In this document: positions 52,351 to 64,000 of the stretch, in pieces
Layout of the letters: each line of letters starts with the position of its first letter
How positions within the stretch are numbered: position 1 is the stretch's first letter
From: an uncultured delta proteobacterium
GTDB taxonomy: Bacteria; Desulfobacterota; Syntrophia; Syntrophales; Smithellaceae
Direction of reading: 5' to 3'
DNA length: 64,000 bases
Assembly (NCBI GenBank): GCA_963753975.1
Contig: CAVWEH010000001.1
Location: 160,001-224,000, forward strand
Made by a program: the position numbers and the translations under genes
The notes under the pieces: generated by a model
Told to the model about the DNA's origin: nothing
Database searches by the model: none
The model's input: the letters and a program-made list of their open reading frames with translations, nothing else

Positions 52351-52374
52351 AAAAATCTCCTCGAATGTCGAGAA

Positions 52375-53512
52375 TTAAAGGGTTTTGACCTTTTCATTAA
52401 AAACTTTTTCCAGCTCCGCAAGTGCTGCCTTTAGATCGGCCTCTTCAATTGTTGGCCCGCACCAGAAGCGGTAACCGGCGGGCGCATCTTTGTAAGAGTT
52501 AATATCGTGAGCAATATTTTTCTTGCTCAATTCCGAAGAGATACTTTTCAGGAATTTGCCTTTTTCGTCTGCCGAAAGCGAGTTGACCTTTGGGTTGGTC
52601 ACACTCAGGCAAACTGACGTATTGGAGCGAATTTTGGCATCGGCAGCCAAAAATTCGACCCAGTCGGTTTTGGCAACCCAATCTTCCACGACTTTCAGGT
52701 TGGCCTTGCTTTTTTTGATAAGGCCGGCAAGACCGATTTCGCTTGCCCATTTTAAGGCATCCAGATAATCTTCCACGCACAGCATCGAAGGAGTGTTAAT
52801 CACGTCACCGTCGAAAATAGCCTTGTTGATTTTGCCGCTTTTCTTGAGGCGGAAAATTTTGGGCAGTGGCCAGGGTGGATCATAAGCTTCCAGACGAGCG
52901 ACGGCTTTGGGACTCAAAACAAGCATACCGTGAGCGGCTTCGCCGCCCAGACATTTCTGCCAGGAAAAAGTTAAAACATCGATTTTGCTCCAGTCTATTT
53001 CCATGGCGAAAGCAGCGCTCGTTGCATCGCAAAGCGACGAGCCCCTCGCGACTGGCAGGAATCCAATTCCAGTCGGGAATTTTTACGCCGCTGGTCGTTC
53101 CGTTGGCCACGAAAACTACATCGTTAGTCCAATCAACGGACTTCAAATCGGGCAGTTTCCCGTAATCGGCTTTCAAAATTTTGGGGTTGAGTTTGAGCTG
53201 TTTGGCGACATCTGTCGCCCAGCCGTCGGAAAAACTCTCCCAGACCAACACCGTAACCGGTTTTGATCCCAGAAGGCTCCACATGGCGCATTCAAAGGCG
53301 CCGGTATCGGAAGCAGGCATGATACCAACGAGATAATCCGCCGGTATGGTTAAAAGTTTTTTTGTTTCATTGATGGCTTTGACCAATCTTTCCTTGCCCA
53401 GAGCGGAGCGATGCGAGCGACCCACCGCTGCATTTTTCAAGGCGTCCAAACTCCAGGCCGGCCTCTTGCTGCAAGGGCCTGAACTAAAATTAGGGTTTTG
53501 CATATTCGACAT
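52375..53512 (-). CDS. serC: Phosphoserine aminotransferase, Methanosarcina type (+1 frameshift near 53039)
   Basis: NFSSGPCSKRP, GRSHRS, PASDTGA, NGTTSGV, then CDATSAAFAM and TFSWQK in the next frame. Confidence 0.9.
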
Positions 53513-53737
53513 CCTTAAAGATAAATTTTAAAAAAACCGATTATTCATATCAGCATTGAAATTTTTACTCAAGAAATTTCAGCGTGATCATGTTTTTGAT
53601 GTACGGGAGCATACCTCAATGTTGCTCTTGGGCACGATAAGAGTGCGCAATAAAAAGAAATTTTCCCCGGTCGATTCGTATTGACATTAATCCGGAAAAT
53701 GTGCTTTTCTCCATTTTTAATAAGGAGGAAATTAGAT

Positions 53738-55096
53738 TTGAAAAAAAGCAAGACGAGTTTCTTTTGTCAAAATTGCGGTTATATGTCGCCCAAGTGGTTG
53801 GGCAAATGTCCTTCCTGCAGCGGCTGGAATTGTTTTGCCGAAGAATTGCTTAGTGATTCCGATTCGGGCAACCGTGCGGAAATGAGTTTCGGCGGCAAGC
53901 CCCTGCCGATAGAAGATATTACCATAGAAGAAGGCCAACGGACTGTTACAGGTATTGCGGAAATTGACCGCGTCCTGGGCGGCGGTATTGTCGGCGGGTC
54001 GGCAATCTTAATCGGCGGAGAGCCCGGTATCGGTAAATCGACGCTGATGCTGCAAATGATGAATAATTTAGCTCAAAAAGGTCTGAAAGTGCTCTACGTT
54101 TCCGGCGAGGAGTCGGCCAGTCAAATTAAGTTACGAAGCAAACGCGTTGGGGCTGCAGCCAAAGATTTATTGGTTCTGGTGGAGGTTTCTCTAGAAAAGA
54201 TTTTGGAGCAAATTAAAGCAGTTTCTCCCGCCGTCGTCGTTATTGATTCCATTCAAACGGTTTATTCGGGAGAACTGATGTCCGCGCCCGGCAGCGTCGG
54301 GCAAGTGCGGGAGTCTTCTTCGCGATTGATTCTGTTTTCCAAAAAAAATAATATCCCCGTTTTTTTAGTCGGTCACGTGACCAAAGACGGCTCTATCGCC
54401 GGCCCCAAAGTATTGGAGCACATGGTTGATACGGTTCTTTACTTTGAGGGTGATTCCGGGCATTCTTACCGGATAGTCCGCGGCATTAAAAACCGGTTTG
54501 GTCCCACTAATGAAATTGGCGTCTTTGAAATGCAGGATAAGGGGCTCAAAGAGGTGCCTAACCCTTCGGCTTTCTTTCTGGCCGAAAGACCACAAAACGT
54601 TGCCGGTTCGGTAGTTGTTCCCAGCTTGGAAGGCACAAGGCCGATTCTGGTGGAAATTCAAGCATTAGTCAGCGCTACCAATTTGGGCATGCCTCGGCGC
54701 ACAGCTATCGGCATTGACCATAACCGTGTTTCGCTTTTGGTTGCTGTGCTGGATAAAATTTGTGGAATGCATCTGGGCACATCCGACATTTTTATCAACG
54801 TTGCCGGCGGTGTTCGGGTGGAAGAACCGGCGGTTGATCTGGGTGTGGTTGCCGCTATGGCTTCGAGTTTTTTGGATAAGCCCATTGATACGCGAACTGT
54901 TGTTTTGGGGGAAGTGGGGCTTGCTGGAGAAGTAAGGGCTGTTTCGCAAATGGATGTGCGGATAAAAGAAGCCGCCCGCCTGGGATTTAACCGCTCTCTC
55001 GTACCCAAAACAAATTTAGCCCAATTGGCAAACATGGCGAAAATGGAAATTTGCACAATTAGTTCACTGAAAGAATTGCTGGAAAATTTATTCTAA
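53738..55096 (+). CDS. radA: DNA repair protein RadA/Sms
   Basis: C4 zinc finger, GEPGIGKS, KNRFG, Lon-like C-terminus; TTG start after AGGAGG. Confidence 0.96.
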   Translation: MKKSKTSFFCQNCGYMSPKWLGKCPSCSGWNCFAEELLSDSDSGNRAEMSFGGKPLPIEDITIEEGQRTVTGIAEIDRVLGGGIVGGSAILIGGEPGIGKSTLMLQMMNNLAQKGLKVLYVSGEESASQIKLRSKRVGAAAKDLLVLVEVSLEKILEQIKAVSPAVVVIDSIQTVYSGELMSAPGSVGQVRESSSRLILFSKKNNIPVFLVGHVTKDGSIAGPKVLEHMVDTVLYFEGDSGHSYRIVRGIKNRFGPTNEIGVFEMQDKGLKEVPNPSAFFLAERPQNVAGSVVVPSLEGTRPILVEIQALVSATNLGMPRRTAIGIDHNRVSLLVAVLDKICGMHLGTSDIFINVAGGVRVEEPAVDLGVVAAMASSFLDKPIDTRTVVLGEVGLAGEVRAVSQMDVRIKEAARLGFNRSLVPKTNLAQLANMAKMEICTISSLKELLENLF

Positions 55097-55144
55097 ATAG
55101 TTTAACTAAATCAAAAATTTTTTTTTGAAAAGTGTTTCCAAACC

Positions 55145-55172
55145 TTGACATAAAAAAAATAGTGCATAATAT
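55145..55172 (+). promoter_or_regulatory. Sigma70-type promoter of groESL
   Basis: TTGACA-N16-TAATAT. Confidence 0.5.
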
Positions 55173-55232
55173 AACGTCGCTATATAAGCATTCATAAATT
55201 AATATATAAAAAATCAGGAAAGGAGAAAAAGC

Positions 55233-55523
55233 ATGAATATCAGACCTTTACAGGATAGAATCATTGTAAAACGTTTGGCGGAAGAGCAAAAAACCAAGGG
55301 AGGTATCATCATCCCGGACACAGCCAAGGAAAAACCAATTGAAGGTAAAGTTATCGCCGTAGGCAGGGGCAAAGTTGCCGATGACGGTAAACTGATCAAG
55401 CTGGAAGTAAAAGCGGGCGATAAAGTTCTTTTTAACAAATACGGCGGTACCGAAGTAAAAATCGACGGTGAAGAGTATTTGATTATGAGAGAAGACGATA
55501 TTTTAGGCATTATTGAAAAATAA
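55233..55523 (+). CDS. groES: Co-chaperonin GroES
   Basis: [25 protein letters not shown]. Confidence 0.98.
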   Translation: MNIRPLQDRIIVKRLAEEQKTKGGIIIPDTAKEKPIEGKVIAVGRGKVADDGKLIKLEVKAGDKVLFNKYGGTEVKIDGEEYLIMREDDILGIIEK

Positions 55524-55534
55524 GAAAATTTTAA

Positions 55535-57193
<1,659 letters not shown>

Positions 57194-57219
57194 GTGTCAA
57201 ATAACATCAAATAAAATTG

Positions 57220-57256
57220 AAGGCCCCCGGACTGTAAAGACCGGGGGCCTTTTTTT
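57220..57256 (+). terminator. Intrinsic terminator after groEL
   Basis: AAGGCCCCCGG-ACTGTAAAGA-CCGGGGGCCTTTTTTT. Confidence 0.9.
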
Positions 57257-57320
57257 AGCACCTCGATACTATTGTGGACAAAAGTGAATTACATAAACTT
57301 GATTACTTTTTTTCAGGTAT

Positions 57321-57584
57321 CTATAAAATTATCTTCACAGCCCGATGAGCTTTCAGGGCTTCATAAAGAGCCATTCGATGACTTTCGCTTTCTACGGATA
57401 GCTCCACATTGAGACAGTGATATTTGCCCTTTTCGCTGCTACGAGAATGAGATATCTTATACGTACGATCCCGGATGATTTCTGCTACTGCACTGTGCAT
57501 CTCGTCTTCATCGGGACCGATGATCTTATAGACCCACAGACAGGGATATTCCAACTGAATTTTTTTCTTTTCGTCATCTGGCAT
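57321..57584 (-). CDS. DUF493/YbeD-family protein
   Basis: LEYPC...YKIIG, SSEKGKY, H..VK.IL. Confidence 0.85.
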   Translation of the reverse strand: MPDDEKKKIQLEYPCLWVYKIIGPDEDEMHSAVAEIIRDRTYKISHSRSSEKGKYHCLNVELSVESESHRMALYEALKAHRAVKIIL

Positions 57585-57827
57585 CGTACCCCATCCTTTC
57601 CATGCCGTGAACTATTTCAAATTTTGAATCTAAAATTAATTTCATATAAAGCGCCTTGTTTCTTTTAGGTAGCATGACCGGAAAATTTGTCAAGGAAATT
57701 ATTGATGTTGGCGATTTGTGGTTATGCTTGAAACTGCCGTGTTTATGTGATAGTCCACTGCCACATATAAAAAAATCTATGTATTGCGGCTTTGCCGCTA
57801 ATTTTTTTTGGATAACAGGAGCAATAA

Positions 57828-60617
57828 ATGGATTACAAAAAGAGTTTGAATCTTCCCCAAACTGATTTTCCGATGAAGGCGAATCTGGCCCAAAGAGAAC
57901 CGGAGATGCTGAAGATTTGGGAAGAAATGGATATTTATAAAAAAATAAGAAAAACCGCCAAAGGGGGCAAGTCGTTCATTCTGCACGACGGACCTCCTTA
58001 TGCCAATGGCAATATTCATCTGGGAACTGCCCTCAATAAAATCCTCAAGGATATTGTCATCAAAGCAAAAAATATGACGGGCTTTGACGGCGTTTACGTG
58101 CCGGGCTGGGATTGCCATGGCCTGCCCATTGAACATCAAGTGGATAAAGAATTGGGCAATAAAAACCTTTCCATGTCGCAAGCCGACAAACGCCGCGCCT
58201 GCAGAGTTTACGCCGAGAAATATGTCGGCATTCAGAGGGAACAATTCAAAAGACTGGGCGTTTTCGGCGAATGGGACAATCCCTATTTGACCATGGCTTA
58301 TCCTTATGAGGCAATCACCATTGCCGAATTCGGTAAACTCTATTTAAACGGCAACGTCTATAAAGGTAAGAAGCCCGTTTACTGGTGTGCTTCCTGCAAG
58401 ACGGCTCTGGCCGAGGCGGAGGTGGAATACGCCGACCATAAAACGCCGTCCATTTATGTCAAGTTCTTAATCACGTCTGATATCAGCAAAGTTTTGCCCA
58501 AGCTTTCCGGTCAAAAAGTAAGCGTGGTTATCTGGACAACAACTCCATGGACGATTCCGGCTAACCTGGCTATCGCCGTGAAAGAAGATTTTATTTATGT
58601 GGCTGTAAAAGTGGAAAACGAGGTGCTGATCCTGGCCAAAGACTTGCTTGATTACTGCCTGGATGCCTTCGGCTACAAAAATAAAAAATATGAAATTCTG
58701 GATGAATTCGCAGGTTCTGTTCTGGAAGGCCAAATTTCTGTTCATCCGCTGGTGAAGAGGGACAGCGTTTTGATCCTGGCGCCCTTTGTGACGCTCGACG
58801 CAGGAACGGGCTGCGTGCACATTGCTCCCGGCCACGGTCAGGAGGACTACGAAATCGGCCTTAAATACGGTTTGGAAAATTACGCTCCGGTGGATGATAA
58901 TGGAAAATTCACCGACGATGTCGAACACTTTGCCGGCCAGTTTGTTTTCGATGCCAATGATAACGTCATCAAAAAATTAAAGGAAGTCGGCGCGCTTCTC
59001 GGACACTTTCCCATGGAGCATTCCTACCCGCATTGCTGGCGCTGCAAGAATCCCATAATTTTCCGTTCTACCGAGCAGTGGTTTATCTCCATGGAGAAAA
59101 ACGATTTGCGCAAAAAAGCCCTGGCCTGCATCGATCAGGTTCAGTGGATTCCTTCGTGGGGGCATGACCGTATTTACGGCATGGTGGAAAGTCGCCCCGA
59201 CTGGTGTATCTCGCGCCAGAGATTATGGGGCGTTCCTATCACAGTATTTTATTGCGGCAAATGCAAAGCAGAAGTATTGACAAAAAAGATGCTCGATTAC
59301 CTGGTGAAATTAGTCAAAGCCGGCGGTGCCGATATCTGGTTTGAAAGGGAAGCGAAAGATCTGATGCCCAAAGGCACAACCTGCCCGCATTGCCAGGGTT
59401 CTGAATTTACCAAAGAAACAAATATTCTGGATGTATGGTTCGATTCGGGAGTATCTCATGCGGCCGTGTTGGAGACGAGAAAGGATTTGCACTCTCCCGC
59501 GGATATGTATCTGGAAGGCTCCGACCAGCATCGCGGCTGGTTCCATTCTTCGCTTCTGGAATCCGTAGGGACGAGAGGGCATGCGCCGTACTTGAGCGTT
59601 CTGACGCATGGATTTGTCGTAGACGGCGAGGGCAAGAAAATGTCCAAATCTCTGGGCAATACCATCGAGGCCGAAGAAGTTATTGATAAATACGGCGCCG
59701 AAATTCTGCGGCTTTGGGTGGCAGCCGAAGACTACACCGATGATATCCGGATTTCCGATGAAATTCTCAAGCGCCTGGTAGAAGCCTACCGCCGAATTCG
59801 CAATACCGGCAGGTTCATTCTGGGTAATCTCTATGATTTCGATGTCCAGTCCGCAATGGTCAATTACAAACAGATGGAAGAAATGGACAAGTGGGCATTA
59901 CACCGTCTGCAGGAAGTAATCCGGCGCGTGAAGGAAGCCTACGAGCGCCACCAATTCCATATTGTTTTCTATACTCTTTACAATTATTGCACGGTTGATT
60001 TGAGCGCCCTGTATCTTGATGTTTTAAAAGACCGGCTTTATACGAGCAAGGCTAAATCACCGGCGCGGCGTTCCGGACAGAGCGCGATGTTCATTATTTT
60101 GCAGGCAATGATGCAGCTTTTGGCTCCCATACTTACTTTTACCGCAGAGGAGGTATGGGCGGCTCTGCCCTCCTGGAAGGGGAAAGAAGCGAGCATCCAC
60201 ATGACGCAATTTCCGGAAGTAAACGCAAAGTATGTCGATGAGAAATTGGGGGAACGCTGGAAGGTGATGATCGATGCCAAAGCGGAAATTTCCAAAGCCG
60301 TGGAGCAGGCGCGAAAAGAAAAAATTATCGGCCATTCGCTTGACGCGCGCGTGAGTCTGGCGCCGCCGGAAAAAATGCGTGGCTTATTTAAAGAGCACCT
60401 GGAGGATCTGCGGGCCTTGTTGATCGTTTCTCAGCTGCAACTGGCCGATGAGAAAGAAATCAGTAATCCCTATAAGAGCGAAGAAATTAAAGGATTAACG
60501 GTTGGCGTGGGGAAAGCTCGCGGAATCAAATGCGAGCGCTGCTGGATTTATTCCGAATCAGTAGGGGCAGACAAACAGCATCCGGCTGTTTGCGACCGTT
60601 GCTTAACTAACTTGTAA
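57828..60617 (+). CDS. ileS: Isoleucine-tRNA ligase
   Basis: [27 protein letters not shown]-terminal CERC..CDRC zinc site. Confidence 0.98.
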   Translation: MDYKKSLNLPQTDFPMKANLAQREPEMLKIWEEMDIYKKIRKTAKGGKSFILHDGPPYANGNIHLGTALNKILKDIVIKAKNMTGFDGVYVPGWDCHGLPIEHQVDKELGNKNLSMSQADKRRACRVYAEKYVGIQREQFKRLGVFGEWDNPYLTMAYPYEAITIAEFGKLYLNGNVYKGKKPVYWCASCKTALAEAEVEYADHKTPSIYVKFLITSDISKVLPKLSGQKVSVVIWTTTPWTIPANLAIAVKEDFIYVAVKVENEVLILAKDLLDYCLDAFGYKNKKYEILDEFAGSVLEGQISVHPLVKRDSVLILAPFVTLDAGTGCVHIAPGHGQEDYEIGLKYGLENYAPVDDNGKFTDDVEHFAGQFVFDANDNVIKKLKEVGALLGHFPMEHSYPHCWRCKNPIIFRSTEQWFISMEKNDLRKKALACIDQVQWIPSWGHDRIYGMVESRPDWCISRQRLWGVPITVFYCGKCKAEVLTKKMLDYLVKLVKAGGADIWFEREAKDLMPKGTTCPHCQGSEFTKETNILDVWFDSGVSHAAVLETRKDLHSPADMYLEGSDQHRGWFHSSLLESVGTRGHAPYLSVLTHGFVVDGEGKKMSKSLGNTIEAEEVIDKYGAEILRLWVAAEDYTDDIRISDEILKRLVEAYRRIRNTGRFILGNLYDFDVQSAMVNYKQMEEMDKWALHRLQEVIRRVKEAYERHQFHIVFYTLYNYCTVDLSALYLDVLKDRLYTSKAKSPARRSGQSAMFIILQAMMQLLAPILTFTAEEVWAALPSWKGKEASIHMTQFPEVNAKYVDEKLGERWKVMIDAKAEISKAVEQARKEKIIGHSLDARVSLAPPEKMRGLFKEHLEDLRALLIVSQLQLADEKEISNPYKSEEIKGLTVGVGKARGIKCERCWIYSESVGADKQHPAVCDRCLTNL

Positions 60618-60640
60618 GTTTACCTTCGGGAGTTTTTTTT

Positions 60641-61135
60641 GTGAAAAGAAATATAGTTTTGTTCATTTTGGGCGCAATTGCTATCATTGTATCGGATCAA
60701 GTAACAAAAGCCGTGATTACCGAAAAGTTATTCGTGTATGGCTCGTATCAGGTGATCGACGGTTTTTTCAGCCTTGTCTATGTAATGAATCCCGGCGCGG
60801 CTTTCGGTTTTCTGGCCGGGACACCCGAAATATTTCGCTATCTTTTCTTTATCGGCGTTACCGTCCTGGCTATTTTGCTGATCATTTATTATATTTCCAA
60901 AAGTAAGTCGCAAGACGTGCTTATGGTGATATCTCTTACTTTAATCTTCGGCGGTGCCGTGGGCAATCTTATCGACCGGATACGTTTCGGCGCGGTTGTG
61001 GATTTTCTCGATTTTTATATCGGTGTTTGGCACTGGCCGGCGTTTAACGTGGCTGATTCGGCTATATCCGTCGGCGCCGCGTTGATGATCTGGGAAATGC
61101 TGGTAAGCCGCAAGAGAACAAGTTCGTCAAGGTAA
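60641..61135 (+). CDS. lspA: Lipoprotein signal peptidase II
   Basis: DQVTK, NPGAAFG, GNLIDR, VVDF, FNVAD. Confidence 0.96.
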   Translation: MKRNIVLFILGAIAIIVSDQVTKAVITEKLFVYGSYQVIDGFFSLVYVMNPGAAFGFLAGTPEIFRYLFFIGVTVLAILLIIYYISKSKSQDVLMVISLTLIFGGAVGNLIDRIRFGAVVDFLDFYIGVWHWPAFNVADSAISVGAALMIWEMLVSRKRTSSSR

Positions 61136-61141
61136 AAATAT

Positions 61142-62173
61142 ATGTACTATCGTAGTTTAGGTAAAACAGGACTTAAAGTGTCCGTAGTGGGATTTGGCGG
61201 GATTCCGATAATCCGCTTGAAGACCGATGAAACTATAAAAATTTTACGCCATGCTTATGATAAAGGAATCACGTTTTATGATACGGCCAATATGTACCGG
61301 GATAGCGAGTCCAAAATCGGTCAAGCGCTGTCCTCTCTCCGTGACAAGATAGTTCTTGCGACAAAAACGATTATGCGCGATGCGGCAGGATTACGGAAGC
61401 AGCTCGAACGAAGCCTTAAAATGCTACAGACTGATTACATTGATTTGTATCAATTTCATCAAGTGGCCAATGATGAGGAATGGGGGAAAATTACAAAAGA
61501 CAGCGGAGCTTTGAATGAAGCTAGTAAAGCAAAGAAAGAAGGCAAAATTAGATTTTTAGGTGTTACTTCGCACAATCTGCAGATGGCGGTTAAACTGGTC
61601 AAAACCGGATTATTCGACACGATTCAATTTCCCTTCAATTTTATTGAACCGGAAGCAAAAGACGAACTGCATAGCTATTCGCGAAAAAAGGGATTAGGGA
61701 TAATCGCCATGAAACCCTTTGCCGGTGGTGTAATTGACAATGCCGCCCTGGCGTTTAAATATCTGCGGCAATTTCCCTATGCCATACCCATTCCCGGAAT
61801 TGATTCGGTACAATCTGTGGATGAAATCGTTTCCATTTATGAACGTCCGAATGAAATTACCGATAAGGATTTGAAAAGCATGGAAAAATACCGGCAAGAA
61901 TTAGGCCGTGAATTCTGCCGCCGTTGTGAATATTGTCAGCCCTGCCCGAATGGGGTAATGATTACTCCGGCGATGGGCTATCCGATTGTAGCCAGCCGCA
62001 TGTCTCCAAAAGTTTCGGTTGAGTTTTTGAAAATTCCGATGGAATCTATTCAAAACTGCATCGAGTGCGGAATTTGCAGCGAAAGATGCCCGTATGAGTT
62101 GCCCATTCCTGAGTTACTCAAAAAGAATTACGATTTATTCGAAACGCACCGCGCACAAATAGGATCAAAATAA
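61142..62173 (+). CDS. Aldo/keto reductase with C-terminal Fe-S motif
   Basis: GFGGIP, DTA..Y, ATK, DYIDLYQFH, CRRCEYCQPCP, CIECGICSERCP. Confidence 0.9.
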   Translation: MYYRSLGKTGLKVSVVGFGGIPIIRLKTDETIKILRHAYDKGITFYDTANMYRDSESKIGQALSSLRDKIVLATKTIMRDAAGLRKQLERSLKMLQTDYIDLYQFHQVANDEEWGKITKDSGALNEASKAKKEGKIRFLGVTSHNLQMAVKLVKTGLFDTIQFPFNFIEPEAKDELHSYSRKKGLGIIAMKPFAGGVIDNAALAFKYLRQFPYAIPIPGIDSVQSVDEIVSIYERPNEITDKDLKSMEKYRQELGREFCRRCEYCQPCPNGVMITPAMGYPIVASRMSPKVSVEFLKIPMESIQNCIECGICSERCPYELPIPELLKKNYDLFETHRAQIGSK

Positions 62174-62188
62174 TAGGTAAATATCAAT

Positions 62189-62224
62189 AAAAAATCCCCG
62201 AAAGGGAACCTCTCGGGGATTTTT
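62189..62224. terminator. Bidirectional intrinsic terminator
   Basis: AAAAATCCCCGA...TCGGGGATTTTT between convergent genes. Confidence 0.85.
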
Positions 62225-62245
62225 ATCTTTGACAAAATCAATTTC

Positions 62246-63673
62246 TTAGAATGTCAATGTCAGTTTATTAATGACCATGTATTCGTCTCTAACGTGGTTG
62301 TTTTCGGACGCTAAGCCTTTGTAATAATCACCTACCCACCAGTAACCAACGCCTAGCATGTACGACAGGTTATTGGTGATTTTGTAATTACCGGTAACGT
62401 CAAGTTCCCAGCCGTAAGACAAGCCGGCATAACCCGCCGGAACGGCTGAAGCAGGCTGGTCGGCGGTTGCATAGGCTAGGGAAGCCTTAATATCTAAAGC
62501 AGAAGTAGGTCTAACACCGGCGTTGATTTGATAGAACCAAGCATTGCTCATGCCTGCGCTATTGGTCAGAGCATCGTTGCCTGGAAGAGGTCCAACCCAA
62601 TAAGTGCGATCATAGTAGTTGAACATGATCAAGCAGGGATTCCAATCCTGGCCGCCACTCAAAGTACCGCCTTCCTGCCTGTCCGTAGTGCCGGGATTGT
62701 CACCCGATACATAGGCAAAAGTGCCGCCGAAATAGATTGGGCCAAAAGTAGCGGTGGCGTCAAGAAAAGCGGCCAAATTGTCCAGTCTAACGTCTTGACC
62801 GGTAATGCCGCTATCATAAGTTTTTGCTTGACCCACGGCATAGTCGACTTCTGCCTGTATGTCCACAGGGCCGATTTTGCCGATAAAGTAAGGTACGAAA
62901 CCGACATATTTTGTTGCATAGTTGCCTACTGCGGGTGGTGTTGTTGCCGTTGGATTTGGTCTGTTTTGGTCATAGTTGTAGTAAGTGACTTTCATGCCTG
63001 CCTTGCCATTCTTCCATTGATAAGATCCTTCCAGACCATATTTATCAGCATCCGCATCCGTGTAGGTTGCGCCGGTATTAACAGCCGAGTAGCTCGAGTC
63101 CTGCACTTTTGTTATATCGAGACCAATCGTTACCGGGCCGGTAGTATAATAATATCTTATCCGGCCGCGCCCTCCGATTATGCTGTCGCCGAAAACGGTT
63201 CCCGTTGGTCCGTCATCCATATAGCCGACCTTGAACAAACCGATGGGCGAAGTATATTCAATGTAGGCCCAATCAAAGGCGATATTTTCATCTTCCGCCC
63301 TGGTTCCTGCCGATGGCCAGGACGTACTCGGATAACCGCCGGTTCCGGGATTTGATCTTTGACCACCCCAGATTCTTTCCAGAGCGTCAAAACGGGTGAT
63401 CAGCTTCAGGCCCGGAGAAATGACAAAATCCGTCCGGACGCGCAGTCTCTGATAATAGAAGGCTGTGCTCTCATTGTTCATGTTGGTCGATATAGTCGGC
63501 ACACCGCTGGTGTACTTACTGATGTAAGTATCTCCTTTTACCAAAGATACCTGATCCAGATACATTCCGGCTGCGAAATAAGAGCCGCTAAATTGAACAT
63601 CGACCGCGAAGGCCGACACACTGAAGGCCATAACCAGCCCCAGCGACAACAAAACTAACCAAAATCTCTTCAT
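62246..63673 (-). CDS. Outer-membrane porin-like beta-barrel
   Basis: Signal peptide ending SAFA, amphipathic strands, C-terminal KLTLTF. Confidence 0.8.
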   Translation of the reverse strand: MKRFWLVLLSLGLVMAFSVSAFAVDVQFSGSYFAAGMYLDQVSLVKGDTYISKYTSGVPTISTNMNNESTAFYYQRLRVRTDFVISPGLKLITRFDALERIWGGQRSNPGTGGYPSTSWPSAGTRAEDENIAFDWAYIEYTSPIGLFKVGYMDDGPTGTVFGDSIIGGRGRIRYYYTTGPVTIGLDITKVQDSSYSAVNTGATYTDADADKYGLEGSYQWKNGKAGMKVTYYNYDQNRPNPTATTPPAVGNYATKYVGFVPYFIGKIGPVDIQAEVDYAVGQAKTYDSGITGQDVRLDNLAAFLDATATFGPIYFGGTFAYVSGDNPGTTDRQEGGTLSGGQDWNPCLIMFNYYDRTYWVGPLPGNDALTNSAGMSNAWFYQINAGVRPTSALDIKASLAYATADQPASAVPAGYAGLSYGWELDVTGNYKITNNLSYMLGVGYWWVGDYYKGLASENNHVRDEYMVINKLTLTF

Positions 63674-63840
63674 TTTTTTCCTCCTAAATTTAGATTTTTT
63701 CCTTAAAAATGGGCGTTTTTAAGGGATTGCATTTTTATTTTTAATGCAATCGCTTGCGCAATGTACACGCCGTTTATTACAAAATGATGACAAGTCAGTT
63801 AAACTATGAAAAGATAAAAATTTTATTGCCGATTTTTATT

Positions 63841-64000
63841 CGTGAAACTCCAATTCTGAAAGCGAAGTGAATCGGAATTGGTAAGTTGTAATGAGACTCA
63901 AATTTCAGAAACACAGTGAACTGAAATTTACAAGTCGAATTATACCGCTTGGAAGCGGTGAACAATCCCGCAAAGCGGTGGTCGTGAAACTCCAATTCTA
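63841..64000 (+). repeat. Hairpin element family 1, copy A plus start of another unit at 63983 (runs off the window)
   Basis: CGTGAAACTCCAATTCT at 63841 and 63983 (142 bp apart); nested 72-bp module at 63889-63960. Confidence 0.92.

Noticed and set aside
55185..55212. CIRCE element before groES
   Set aside because: Only a weak left half (TAAGCATTC); the GAGTGCTAA half is absent.
62528..63355. 275-aa + strand ORF
   Set aside because: Antisense to the porin gene; no motif.

Overview
Bacterial chromosomal window, mostly housekeeping and metabolic genes. The gene set (beta-oxidation enzymes, acyl-CoA dehydratase activase, flavin reductase-rubredoxin, Methanosarcina-type serC, giant GlmS-like protein) suggests an anaerobic syntrophic Desulfobacterota such as Smithella/Syntrophales; this is inference only. 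Core loci: copZA, msrA, ygiQ-type radical SAM, feoA-feoB fusion, proA-nadD, lolA, ilvE, comM, moaC, glmU-like/glmS-like-pyrG, PAS-GGDEF, tRNA-Lys, serA, purA, serC, radA, groES-groEL, ileS-lspA, porin. No transposase, integrase, Cas gene or CRISPR array was seen. The main signal the genes do not explain is a family of small modular hairpin elements (about 111-bp core, at least 6 copies plus sub-modules) whose stems show compensatory substitutions. One copy is inserted in frame in the radical SAM gene (+37 aa), one rewrites the MoaC C-terminus, and a ~70-bp sub-module nests both in its own parent and in a second repeat family. Other points: a decayed ACT-domain relic of a former serA between serC and purA with a GC-richer serA nearby, a 1242-aa GlmS-like protein with an internal catalytic-type Cys, an IS1-like end with a truncated passenger gene, a phased DnaA-box-like cluster, and single-base frameshifts in four conserved genes that are probably sequencing errors.
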